Assembly: GCF_001194135.2 (NCBI RefSeq)
Contig: NC_068989.1
Location: 69,724,014 to 69,788,013, forward strand
Origin: Octopus bimaculoides
Taxonomy: Eukaryota
DNA: 64,000 bases
Reading direction: 5' to 3'
Position numbers and translations under genes: made by a program. Below the pieces are notes generated by a model. It had not been told where the DNA came from, did no database searches, and saw nothing but the letters and a program-made list of their open reading frames with translations. Below, one piece after another: positions 1 to 12,014 of this stretch (positions are counted from its first letter, which is position 1; every line of letters starts with the position of its first letter).

Positions 1-713
1 AGAGAAAGTTTTTTTTTTGCTTTTGTTTTGTTGCTTGAATTATTCTCTTATCATGAACTTAAAAGAAATCCATTCTTCGTTGTGATTGCTAAAGGAGAAA
101 GTTAGCTTCTTGTAAAAGTAAATTGTAATACGAGAAAGATATTGTTAAATTTGATACTGTTAGGCAATCGTTTTGATTTTTCCCATTCCCAACTGTTTTA
201 TTTGATGTTTAGCTGTGGACCCTCAGAGCTCATACTCAGAGAGTGATATATATATATATACTTCTTGAGGTCATGTTCTACAAACGGATACTCTTCCTGA
301 TGCTAACTGTTAGTTTTTGACTAAGGTTCTTTGTATTCCATGTCTTTTACACATTGAACTGCTGCCAGGTATTTTGTTTATGAGAAGCATAAACAATGTC
401 ACCACTACTCAAAGTATCTGCAAAAATGCACAAACACATGTGCATGCGCACATGCCTATATAACAGGTTTCTGTATAATTTCCCTCTTTAAATGCAATAT
501 CAGCTGAAAGGTGTAGGAAAAGGTGCCTACAGAAGGTGTCACATGATCGGAAGCACAGCCATGTGTGTGTCTGTGTATATACATGTATGAACGTATGCAT
601 CCCCCATTTATAGAAACATGTACATGATTATTTAGTTGTAAAATCTTTAAGGAAAATGATTGCTTCCAAAAATATTAGCCTGAAGTCAGACATCTTTCAG
701 AGCAGGTGAAAGT

Positions 714-908
714 TTTTATTTTTCTTCTTTTCCTTCTTCCTCCTTTCCTTCCTCTCCTTCCTCTATCTCCTTTTTTCTACTCTTCTCCTTCCTCACCTTC
801 CTGTTCTCTTTTCTCTTCCTCTTCTTCCACTTTTTCCTCTTCTCCTTCTTCCTTTTCTTCATCATCATCATCAACATCACCATTTTCATCTTCCTCTTCC
901 TTCTTCTC
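714..908. repeat. Polypyrimidine low-complexity tract (CTT/TC-rich) ending in (CAT)n
   Basis: About 195 nt almost purely C/T on the + strand; explains the Ser-rich and Lys/Glu-rich pseudo-ORFs 706-945 and 716-910. Confidence 0.9.
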
Positions 909-1496
909 ATATGTTGCTTTGAAATTATCCTTCTTGATAATCTAAATGAGAATCTAGGAACATTTCTGATTTAAACATAGAAATTCTATATTTCATCAGG
1001 AATTACGATAATTTCTTAGATCATAGCTACACAACAGAAATGTGTTGAGTAATACGCTTACTGATATTGGTTGCATAAGACTAATCTGTTGCTGAGTTTA
1101 CTGTTGAACGATGACTATCTTCTGGTCTTCTGTTACTAAGATTTTGGTTTGGTTAATTGAAGCACAGAAATATATTGGTAATAATCATGATATGTTGTAA
1201 AGTTATTCAGAATTAGTATTCTATTTCTATGTCCCAAAACCTAATGCTTGGAATTCTTCTTAAATTCAAGCATTATTCTTACCTGGAAATGAAGTTATAA
1301 AGCTGCATTAACTAAAGATTTGAAACACTAAAGGAATTTTGAAATAAACTTATTTCATGCTTCTATGGTTAGTTGTCAAATCAGCAAAGTAGCAGAAATG
1401 GTATTGAGGACTGGAATAACAAACTGCAGTATTATAGTTTCAGTCTTCTACATTTCATGTGGTGATCATGGTCATTCCTACATGGCCAATAAAATG

Positions 1497-1992
1497 AATG
1501 GCTGTGTGGTTAAGAAGCTTGCTTTTCAACCACATGGTTTTGGGTTCAGCCCTACACTGTGACACCATGTTTTTGTACTATGGCTCCAGGCCAACTGATG
1601 CTTTGTGAGTGAATTTGGTTGGCACCGAGCATGTTCAGTCTAAATATTCTACTTGTCTTCAAACTGGCTAGATTCAGTCTTTCACATATACTCTGCAATG
1701 TCATTCTAAAAGTAAGCAATCACATCTTCGAAATCTCAAAACTACAATTTAATACAGGATTCATTTTTTAAAATGTGAATGAAAAAGCATTATATTTGAC
1801 TATGTGATCTGAATGCTAAAGGGTGAAACCTCTGTCACTTAGTGATTCAGCAAAAAAAAAAAAAAAAACTGATAGAATAGGTAGCAGTCTTAAAAATAAC
1901 AAGTACTAGGGTTGATTTGTTTGAGTAAACCCTTTAAGGTAGAGTCTCAGCATGGCTGCTGTCCAAAGACTGAAACAAGTAAACGATAAAAG
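1497..1992 (+). mobile_element. SINE family B (tRNA head, tail type 1) interrupted by MITE E
   Basis: Head TGGCTGTGTGGTTAAGAAG...GGTTCAGCCC at ~1497-1625; tail GATAGAATAGG...GACTGAAACAAGTAAA at ~1828-1992; MITE E sequence lies between them. Confidence 0.8.
1630..1823. mobile_element. MITE E, truncated at one end
   Basis: Matches the E copies at 13581 and 55609; ends TCTGAATGCTAAAGGG. Confidence 0.8.
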
Positions 1993-2104
1993 TTTCATTA
2001 TATGCCATTCCCTTACAAAGTCTCACATTGTGCCATAGCTGTTTCATGCTCTTCATAACCCTTGGAAATACCTAGGGTTCTATGAATCAAACACCCTGCT
2101 TTAA

Positions 2105-2315
2105 CCATATTGTTACCATATTTCTGTTGAAATACACTGCTTTTATTTCAATAAATTTTAGAAATAATGAAAAAAATTGGTGAAATAACTTTGTCATTAT
2201 TAAGCTGGTGTTTGGAACATATTTTGATGGAAGGTTTAAATCTAGATCTATTTGAAGCAGGAAGTTTACATTATAGAACTAAGGGATAGTCTGAGGTGGG
2301 TTGGTATCAGAAGGG
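2105..2315. mobile_element. piggyBac-like MITE F
   Basis: TTAA flanks at 2101-2104 and 2316-2319; degenerate TIR CCCTTTTG(A/T)TACCA; shared interior AAGCTGGTGTTTGGAACATA. Confidence 0.85.
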
Positions 2316-3595
2316 TTAATGTGATTTCCATTAAAATTTCACACTACTTTTTCTTCTGATTACCAATTTACTAAAATGACAAAGTTTTTTTTTAATAAAT
2401 GTAAATTCAAAATTAATTGAAACAAAGACTCTGTTAACTGTATCTGTAGAATAGAGAAAGTTAACTGTATCTGCATTAACTGTATCTTTAGAAATATAAC
2501 AACAGGATTAGTTGTGTCAACACAAACTTAAGTATTTTCAGTTTTTCACTGGAAACTGGATTCTTGTATTTATTTATTCTACATTCCAGTTTTTCATTTA
2601 ACTACATTCACAATAGTATATCAGCCAGTCATATTTATTCTGTCAACAGTCTACCTCTCTTGTGTAGATGTGGTTAGGAAAACACCTGTAACCTACATAT
2701 AGCAACACTACAATAATGCAGTTTATAAATGTAATTTATATAATACAGTTTGTTTATTTTTGAGAAATTTTAATTGTTGCATGGAGTTTTATGTTAATGC
2801 TTTTTTTTGTGTGCGTGATAGCTAATTTATCACAAAATAAAACAATGTAGTTCTATAGTAAATATCTGATTTTCATATTTTATTTACTTGCTTAACCAAT
2901 GTAATTTTATCAGCTTCGCTTGAAACTTATTTCTTTGTTAAAATTCAGAAAGTTTAATTTCATAACTCCATTCTTTATTGAATGTAAGTTTTTTTTTTAT
3001 ATATTTTAATTTTTAACTTTACGATCAAGTTTTGTTCCTATTTAACATTTGTTTTCACTTCTTATAACTCTATATTTTGATTTTTAGATGACAAGTGAGA
3101 AATTAAGAATTGTTGACTAATAATATACATTTCTTTGGGGTCTGAAGGTTTTCTTGGTTGGTGGTATCCTTAATGGTCCATTAGATTACCAAATTGCATG
3201 TTCTATTAATTCAACGAATTGAATTAATAGAAGTAATACATCCTAAAAGATTTTAGTTTTCTCACTTTTGACAAAAACTCATAAAATAACTGAAAACATA
3301 AAATATATTGAGCTGAAGTTCTTAAAACTTTTATGCAGAGTTTAACTTCCCCTATTTGTTTAACGTTTTCCTATTGTAGCTTCAAGGCAACTCTTTTTCT
3401 ACAGTATAAATTGGTAAGGTGTATGTTAGTAGACTGTAGTTAACTGGTTATTTGCGAAGAACTTAGAAGTGATTTGAGTCTAAATGATAGATGGAATTTA
3501 AATGCAGCAAATGTTGTGTGGAATCTTGGATGTTTGGTTTCAGGGAGCAAGATTCAGATAGTCTCGACATTTTTTATTTATTTATTTATTTATTT

Positions 3596-3948
3596 TTTTC
3601 TTTACTGGTTTTAGTTTTCACTGGGTTGCTGCTATATTAGAGCATACCTTCCATAGATCTAGTTGGTCCGATTGATTTCAGTCTGGTACTTGTTCCATTG
3701 ATCTTTACGTGTGGAACTGTTAATTTACTAGACATAAAGAGACACAACAAAAACAATACAAGCTTTAATAACCATTAATTATGGATACACCTGTCTGTGT
3801 GTGTGTGTATGATGGGTTTCCCCACAGTTTCCAACTATGCAGTTCCATTCATAAAGCATTTGGCAACCTAGGGCCAAAGGTATCACATGATGGGATCAAG
3901 CATAGAACTACATGATTGAGGACTGAACTCTTTAATCACAAGGCTATA
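3596..3948 (-). mobile_element. Old, diverged SINE B
   Basis: Reverse-complement similarity to B tail 1, an internal (TG)n and the B head. Confidence 0.6.
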
Positions 3949-4600
3949 AAGGAGGTAAAAAGAAACAAAAGAACTAATATGGGTGAAGGCAAAACTACTC
4001 ACCTAAATGTATTTGGTTGATATTTATTGTTGCCAGGTTGAGGAATTTTAGCTATTTCTTTCTTGTGAAATAAACATACAATACATACTTAACTTTAAAT
4101 AATGGATAGATTACATTTAGCAAGTCTAAGAGTGTCTGGAATGCTAATGTACTGTAGTTGAAAGGGAACTACATACAAAAAGATATTAATATTTATATAT
4201 GAGAATATTAACTGATGGATAAATTTGTAAGTCTAGTGAAGTAGGTAACAAAATATTATATCATCTTCTTTATGTTCTTTTGCTATTAATATTTGAAATT
4301 TATACTGACAGACGTCCAGACTGTGTACTATTGAGTAATATTCTCATTTTTCTTTTTAAGTGGAAGAGCTGAAATCTGAGAAAGTTCATCAAACGGCATG
4401 TGTTGATTATATAAAACAAATGTGGCTCTTCATTTTTAATGGAGAAATAGGGTGGACAGGGATGGTAGTGGTGGTGAATTGAAATTTAAGGCTTTGTCTC
4501 TAAATTATATTGTACAGGTTCTCAACATACAAGCTGTCTTCAGTATGCTAAAGAGATTTTTGCTATGAAGTAAAAATACTAAAATGGTTTTATGCAGATT

Positions 4601-4786
4601 AGGTATAGGTATGACTGTGGGGTTAAGAAGTTTTTTTTTTCTTACCAGACACATGGTTTTGGTTTCAGTCCCACTGCATCACGCTTTGGGCAAATGTTTT
4701 TTATTATAGCCCTGGGCTAACCAAAACCTTGTGAGTGGATTTGGTGGATGAAAACTGATAGAAGCCTGTTTTATGTGTGAGTGTAC

Positions 4787-4819
<33 letters not shown>

Positions 4820-5046
4820 TGAGTATGTTTGTGTCTCTTTGTCTTGACATTGCATGGTAGTTGTAAATGAGTGTCACTGTCATACATGCAGTATCATTTG
4901 TTTACAATACTCTAGGAAAATATGACTGGCCATGGGAAACAGGTGAGTGTTTGGGACAAGAAGGGTATTCAGATGTAGAAAATCTGCTTCATTGAACTTT
5001 GTTTGATCCAGGCAAGAATGGAAAAGTGGATGTTAAAACAATGATG
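4601..5046 (+). mobile_element. SINE B head + (TA/GA) microsatellite + RTE-type tail D
   Basis: B head with B-box GGTTTCAGTCCC, microsatellite ~4786-4820, tail ending GGAAAAGTGGATGTTAAAACAATGATG. Confidence 0.85.
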
Positions 5047-5951
5047 TATTGCTAATTATTATTGGTGATGATATTGGTCCTTGTCATCACATTGGCTAAC
5101 AGGACTTTAGGAAATGGATTGCCAAATTTACAAAAAGATACTCTGAGCATGTGAATATGAACATACATGTGAGCGATGGAAAAGAGCAAAGAAATGAATC
5201 TTCTTATCAGCTATGGAGACCAGATTACTAATGCAGTTTTGACACATTTAAAGTCTACAGGCTTTAAATTCCATAGTACTGCTTGTCTGGTTGTGTCTTT
5301 GATATTGGAAATATCATTAAAGTGAAAGACAACAACATACAAATAGGATGGAAAAATATGGAGAGAAACAATTAATACCAATAAAAGTTGTGTGTGTGTG
5401 TGTGTGTGTATTTATATTATGTACACAAATATAAACCTACTATTGTACATAAATACATGTAATATGTATATATATGTAATATGTATACATATTTAATATA
5501 TGCACAACAGTTAACACCGTCTTACCATATTTTTAACTAACTGCANNNNNNNNNNAAATATAAACCTACTATTGTACATAAATACATGTAATATGTATAT
5601 ATATGTAATATGTATACATATTTAATATATGCACAACAGTTAACACCGTCTTACCATATTTTTAACTAACTGCATAACCAAAATCTAACATACCAATTGT
5701 TCACTGCTTCTCTGTTTAATTGGCCAAAATGGATGTCCTTGTGACGATGTTAAAAATAAAGTGTTTAATTAAATCATTTGCAAAATCCATTTAAATGAAA
5801 TTCATTTAATTAAATGATTTGTAATCCAATTTAATCTGGTTCAGTCGATTACTACTAGCCTACCAATTCTGGCTGATGACTGTCTTTAAAAAAGAATGAG
5901 ATAAGTACTTAGTTTTAGAATGATGCATGAAATTACATGCTGATATGCTAT

Positions 5952-6240
5952 TTGATCATCATTGTCTTAAATGTCAACTTTTCTATGCTTGCATGGATCA
6001 GATGGAATTTGTTGAGGTGGATTTTCCATAGTCAGATGCCTTTTCTTTCTGTTGTCAACCCTCACCTGTTTTCAGGCAAGTTGATATTTCCACATGTCTG
6101 CACCTGTTTTCACAATAGATTGAAAACAAGCAACACTGCTTGTACAAAGGTGACAATCTTTACAACTATTGTGTGGTGTCAAGACAAGGGGATACATACA
6201 GATACACACACACACACACTCATATGTGTGTATACATAGA
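5952..6240 (-). mobile_element. SINE tail D
   Basis: Reverse complement of the tail at 4830-5046; runs into (CA)/(TA) and the gap at 6274. Confidence 0.8.
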
Positions 6241-6273
<33 letters not shown>

Positions 6274-6283
6274 NNNNNNNNNN

Positions 6284-6355
6284 CCAATGTGTCATTAGGG
6301 CGGGGGCAACCATTTGGATCTAGTAGACAGAAACTGAAAGAAACCCCGTTGTGTT

Positions 6356-6395
<40 letters not shown>

Positions 6396-6598
6396 GTGAT
6401 GTGTGTGTCTTTGTATTGGTTTGTCCCCCACCACCACTTGACAACTGGTGTTGGTGTGTTTTTGTCCTTGTAACTTAGCAGCTTGACAATAGAGACTGAT
6501 AGAATAAGTACTGGGATTGATTCATTTGGCTAAAATTCTTTGAGGCAGTGCCCCGGCATGGTTACAGTGTAATAACTGAAACAAGTAAAAGATAAATG
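6284..6598 (+). mobile_element. SINE B, 3' part with tail 1
   Basis: GGAAACTGAAAGAA-like junction, (TG)(TA) microsatellite, tail ending ACTGAAACAAGTAAAAGATAAA. Confidence 0.85.
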
Positions 6599-6608
6599 AT
6601 ATAATATA

Positions 6609-6826
6609 TATCATCATCATCGTTTAACGTCTGCTTTCCATGCTAGCATGAGTTGGATGATTTGACTGAGGACTGGTGAACCAGATGGCTACACCAGGCT
6701 CCAATCTGATTTGGCAGAGTTTCTACAGCTGGATGCCCTTCCTAACGCCAACCACTCCAAGAGTTTAGTGGGTGCTTTTACGTGCCACCGGCACGAAGGC
6801 CAGTCAGGCGGTACTGGCAACGGCCA
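6609..6826 (-). mobile_element. SINE family C (RTE-type 3' end), low divergence
   Basis: CATCATCATCGTTTAACGTCTGCTTTCCATGCTAGCATG...CTACAGCTGGATGCCCTTCCTAACGCCAACC; sits tail-to-tail against the preceding B copy. Confidence 0.85.
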
Positions 6827-6849
6827 TATATATAAATATATATATATCC

Positions 6850-7012
6850 ATACACATACACAATGGGTTTCATTTACTAAATCCACTCATAAGACTTTGG
6901 ATCTACCTTGGGGCTCTAGGATAAGACATTTGTCTATGATACCATGCAGTGGGACTAAACTCAAAACCATCTGGTTGGGAAGCAAACTTCTTAAGCATAC
7001 AGCTTTGCCTGC
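6850..7012 (-). mobile_element. SINE B head
   Basis: Reverse complement of the B head (CATGCAGTGGGACTAAAC). Confidence 0.75.
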
Positions 7013-7505
7013 AGCTAGCCATTTCAAATTAAAGTTAATTTAATAATTATTTAGCTTTCATCGATATGGCTTCCAATTGTTACGACTTTATTTTTTGCTA
7101 TATTTGCCTGAGAGAATGTAATAAATATAGAAGTTTGAAGCTTTTTTTTTAACCATAAGTTGTTAGAATAAGTTCTTGGTGAACTAATTTTGTTCAGAGT
7201 ACAAAGAGCATCTCATTTGAATAAATCTTTGTTCTTTCATAGAAACAATATGCGAATTGAATTCTATAATCACTATTGTTTTAAAAGTTCTCATTTAATT
7301 AGTTTATAGTAATTTTTATATCTCAGCCAGTATTGGGAATTTTCTTTGTCTATTTCTACTCTGTTACCAGTATTGGCTATGTAGGGGATTTTCATGCCAT
7401 TGTTTTATCATGACATTCAATGGCCCCATTGTTAGCTTAGACACTTAATTGTCTTACAAGTTTTGCCGTTTTTTCACTTTTCTTCATAACTGTTTATTAA
7501 TTCAG

Positions 7506-7549
7506 ACATAGATTTTGTATTTGTTGAGTTCCTTGAAGATGGAAATCAG
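7506..7549 (+). CDS. Candidate 44-nt internal exon, unknown gene (xIDFVFVEFLEDGNQ)
   Basis: Long pyrimidine tract 7461-7500, ttcAG acceptor, only one open frame, CAG/gttttt donor (weak). No homology recognised. Confidence 0.2.
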
Positions 7550-8057
7550 GTTTTTATTGTGTTCATATTTTGTAGTTTTATTACCCAAAACTCACTGACA
7601 ATGATTTCTGACATAGCTAGCCTACCAGAATTCTCAAATTTAAGTCAGAATTTAGCTTGAAAATTTTAAAACATCAATAAACTATCTAACCAAGATAATT
7701 GTGTAAAAGTTCATTAAAATAAAATCACTAATGAAACAATTAGACAGGTTCCTCATTATATGCTGATTTATTTAATTCAAAATTAATTAATAAAAACAAA
7801 AAGCAAATGATACAAACAAAAACACAAGCAAGGACATTAAGATGCAATCTGTGAAAATAAAAGAGCAAACCAGTAAAACGGATTAAAATTGTGAATTGAA
7901 ACTTCAATGATTGATTTGCTGCAGTGCGATCAAGCAGAACAAAACGGTAGGAATAGGGTTATTTAGTACAAAACGTATAGCAATTACTTTAGAAGATTAG
8001 CTAACAGGGTTATTTAGTAGAAGATGTATAGTGATTACCTTAGAACGTTAGCTAATA

Positions 8058-8235
8058 GGCATGGCTGTGTTGTTAAAGCTCATTTTACAAACCCATAGAT
8101 TCAGGTTCAGTCCTACGGCATGACACCTTAGGTAAATATCTTCTACTACTACACTGCACTGACCAATGCCTTGTGAGTGAATTTGGTAGATGGAAACTGT
8201 GTTTGTCACACCACTGTTGAACAACAGGTGTTGGT
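8058..8235 (+). mobile_element. SINE B head
   Basis: GGCATGGCTGTG...CAGGTTCAGTCC...GTGAGTGAATTTGGTAGATGGAAACTG. Confidence 0.75.
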
Positions 8236-8627
8236 TTGTTTAAAGCACTGTAAATTATGTGCTGTAATTTTCAACACATTTAGTTTAGAATCATTGAAAA
8301 TTAATAAAACTACAAAATATGAACACAATAAAAACCTGATTTCCATCTTCAAGGAACTCAACAAATACAAAATCTATGTCTGAATTAATAAACAGTTATG
8401 AAGAAAAGGGAAAAAACGGCAAAACTTGTAATTGCTGAATTTATGTCAACATTATGAAATTATACCAAATTATAATTTGATGAAATGGGTTTTCATACTG
8501 TAAGAGAAAATGCATTTGTTGACACTCTGTCCCTTATAAATTTGTGGTTACTGAAATTAATAAAAAAAATATAATCCATTAAATAAACAAAATTTTTTTA
8601 AAACCCTGTACAAACGGACAATTATTG

Positions 8628-8911
8628 NNNNNNNNNNNNNNNNNNNNNNNNNNNNNNNNNNNNNNNNNNNNNNNNNNNNNNNNNNNNNNNNNNNNNNNNN
8701 NNNNNNNNNNNNNNNNNNNNNNNNNNNNNNNNNNNNNNNNNNNNNNNNNNNNNNNNNNNNNNNNNNNNNNNNNNNNNNNNNNNNNNNNNNNNNNNNNNNN
8801 NNNNNNNNNNNNNNNNNNNNNNNNNNNNNNNNNNNNNNNNNNNNNNNNNNNNNNNNNNNNNNNNNNNNNNNNNNNNNNNNNNNNNNNNNNNNNNNNNNNN
8901 NNNNNNNNNNN
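8628..8911. other. Assembly gap (others: 5546-5555, 6274-6283, 16679-17220, 33667-34429, 38646-38655, 53816-53937, 59958-60315, 63961-63970)
   Basis: Runs of N; most abut (TA)n or (CA)n. Confidence 1.
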
Positions 8912-8957
<46 letters not shown>

Positions 8958-9175
8958 AAGGCTCGTGGCTTAGTGGTTAGGGTATTCGGCTCATGATTAT
9001 AAGGTCATGAATTCAATTCCCAGTGATGAGTTATGTCAAGACACCTTATTTCATGTTGCTTCAGTCCAGTCCACTAGCAAAAAGGATTAGTCCTTGTACA
9101 TTAATTTCACGAGCAGGCTCTTCTGTTGACCAGATCAAATGGAATCCTAACATTGTAACCAATGGAGTGCCAGGA
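8958..9175 (+). mobile_element. SINE family H with internal deletion
   Basis: A-box GTGGCTTAGTGGTTAGGG, B-box GAATTCAATTCC, central TTTCATGTTGCTTCAGTCCA; same 3' part as the copy at 22655-22958. Confidence 0.75.
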
Positions 9176-9199
9176 TGTATGTGTGTGTATGTGTAAATG

Positions 9200-9465
9200 T
9201 ATATGCTTGTGCATAGGTGAGTATTTTACTGTCTCCTGCATTTGACATCATGTGATGGTTGTAAATGAGCATCACCATCATACAAGCAGTGTCTTTCATT
9301 TCCAATCTTCTGTCTGGCCAAGAGGAAATAGTATCTTAATTTGAACAGGTGAAGGTTGGCAACTGGAAAGGCATCCAGCCATAGAATATCTACCTCAATG
9401 AATTCTGTCCAATCTGTGCAAGGATGGAAAAGTGGACAGTAAAAAAAATGAAAATGATGATGATA
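9200..9465 (+). mobile_element. SINE tail D
   Basis: GTTGTAAATGAGCATCACC...GGAAAGGCATCCAGCCATAG...GGAAAAGTGGACAG...ATGATGATG. Confidence 0.8.
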
Positions 9466-10059
9466 AATGTATGTGTTAGTATGTTAAAATACTAATATAG
9501 AAAATGTCTGAAATTAAATAAAACTTAGGTGAAAACAAAGGACTGACATGCATTTTTATGCAATTATTCATACCAGCATAGTGGTTAAAGTGTGGGTGAT
9601 GATAATTATGTAAAAGTGAATTCAATACACAAATTGGATGTGCATAAAGAAAGACTTGTAGAGAATTGTATAGAAATAAACATTAAAAAGCTAAAGTGAA
9701 AAATAAAAGAAAAGCTTCATTTGAAAAATAAATACTTATAAATTTGTTTTCTTTTCTCATTATGTAATGTATATTTATCAAAATTGTTGATTTAAAAATA
9801 TCAAAGAAAAATTGACAAAGTATATCCTGAGTAATTAAATAGAAAAGTGGAAACATTTTCAGAAATATTCTAAAGAAATTGTACGTGCAAATAATAACTT
9901 CTCTGTCACCAAATAAAATTTTAATGTGGAATATTTTTGAGAATACGTTTCGTGTTTTTCTGTTTTTTCTTTAACTAAATTGAGTGAACCAAAATTAGGA
10001 AGTTTGAACAAAACTAAATTGAGAAAACTTTTATGCAATGCATATAAATACAAGTAAGA

Positions 10060-10335
<276 letters not shown>

Positions 10336-10838
10336 AGTTTTGCATCTGTTTTTCCATGCTACCATGTGTTGGCTGTGACATAGTCTGGTAGCATTCTATG
10401 GCCAGTTGCCTGCCCTATTGCCAAGCCTTGCTTATCAAGGTAGGCATTTTTGTTCTACTGGTTTTACCCCACATCAAAACCAACAAAATTCACCAAACTA
10501 TGGAACATGTCGTTTATGGAAGTGTAAATAGAAGACAATATTCTTGTATCAGTCCCAACATGAAAATGTGAGTAAACAAATACTGAAACACAGAGTCATA
10601 TAATATATTTGATGTGCTTTTCTATTTGTGACTCTGAAAGCTTTGGTCAAACTGCAGCTATAGTAGTGATGGTACCACATGGACTGGAGCTTGAAACCAC
10701 TTGTTATGTGTTTTTATATGTGTGTGTGTGTGTGTGTGTGTGCGCGAATCTCTTAAAATGTCAAATGTAAAATGGACATTGATCTAAGGAGAGATAACTC
10801 AGTTGGATAAAAAATACTACTGGTTATTTCTGTTTCAA

Positions 10839-11034
10839 CCTTTTGATACCAACCTGCCTGAGACTGTCTATAAATGCAAACTTCCTGTTTTAAAGTGATT
10901 TAAATTAAGACCTTCCATCAGAATTCATATTAACTTATATTCCAAAACACCAGTTTGATAAAGCCAAAATTATCATTTTCAAAATTAATTAAAATGTAGA
11001 CAGTGTCTTTGAACAGAAATATAGTAACTAAAGT
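10839..11034. mobile_element. MITE F
   Basis: Starts CCTTTTGATACCAACC, ends GAAATATAGTAACTAAAG. Confidence 0.8.
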
Positions 11035-11056
11035 GACCACTGTGTATCATATTTAA

Positions 11057-11275
11057 TCCATTAGCATTTAAACTGGCCATATCCAGCCCAAATATTCTAC
11101 ATGTTTTATGTTCAAACTGCCCATATCTGGACTCTCACACCTATCCTACTATGTCATTCTAAATATAAACAATCACATCATCAAAATCTCAAAGCTGTGA
11201 GTTAATGTATGAATAATTTAAGATGATGTGAATAAATTAGCAATTATATTTGACAGAAATCTGAATGCTAAAGGA
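11057..11275. mobile_element. MITE E
   Basis: TTAA at 11053-11056; TTAGCATTTAAACTGGCC...TCTGAATGCTAAAGG. Confidence 0.85.
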
Positions 11276-11607
11276 TGGGCCAGCTGCTATGGTATCTGTC
11301 CTAGATAACCTCTCAAGACATGCTATTTTGAAAACAATAAATATCAGAAGGGGACACAAAAATCGCTCTTTACAGTGACATGTACTGTCACAAGAAGGCC
11401 GAAATGCACCTGATGTTCTTGCTGGCCACTGCTGGGATGAAGTTTCATCACCCTCTAATAATTGTGTTTTTAACATTGCATCTTCATTCATCAGAAATGT
11501 TAACTTGGGATAAATATCCCCTGTAACTGGCCTGTCATGGGTGTATATACATGATGATTCATAGATGCCTATTTTAGTGTAATACTGCCTCAATTTTGTA
11601 TACCAGA

Positions 11608-12014
11608 TTTATCTTTTAATTTCTTACTTCAGTCGTTCGACTGTGGCCATGCTGGGGCACCACCTTGAAGAATTTTTAGCTAAACAAATCAACCCCAGTA
11701 CTTCTTTTGTTTTTAATCCTGGTATTTATCCTATTGGTCTCTATTACTGAACTGCTAAGTTATGGGGATATTAAGACTCTAACTGCAGTTGTCAAGCTGT
11801 GGAGGGGGACAGACACAAAAATACACACACACACACATACATACATATATGTTACAGGCTTCTTTCAGTTTCCATCTATCACATCTACTCGCAAAGCTTT
11901 GATCAGCCCAAGGCTATAGTAGGACATAATTGCCCATGGTACCACACAGTGAGACTGAACCTGGAACCATGTAGTTGGGAAGCAAGCTTCTTAACAACAC
12001 ACAGCCATGCTTGC
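11608..12014 (-). mobile_element. Full-length SINE B with tail 1
   Basis: Reverse complement of the 54967-55352 copy, including the internal (CA)n. Confidence 0.9.

Noticed and set aside
5427-5674. Exact 119-bp direct repeat (5427-5545 and 5556-5674)
   Set aside because: The copies are identical and sit on either side of a 10-N gap, typical of an unmerged contig overlap, so it is most likely an assembly artefact.
5765-5835. Degenerate ~40-bp tandem duplication (TTAATTAAAT(C/G)ATTTG...), and a 17-bp repeat near 55393-55431
   Set aside because: Ordinary slippage-type duplications in AT-rich sequence.
11237-11593. 118-aa minus-strand ORF in a less AT-rich patch
   Set aside because: GTG/TTG-type start, end overlaps MITE E, no recognisable domain, and no convincing splice pair.
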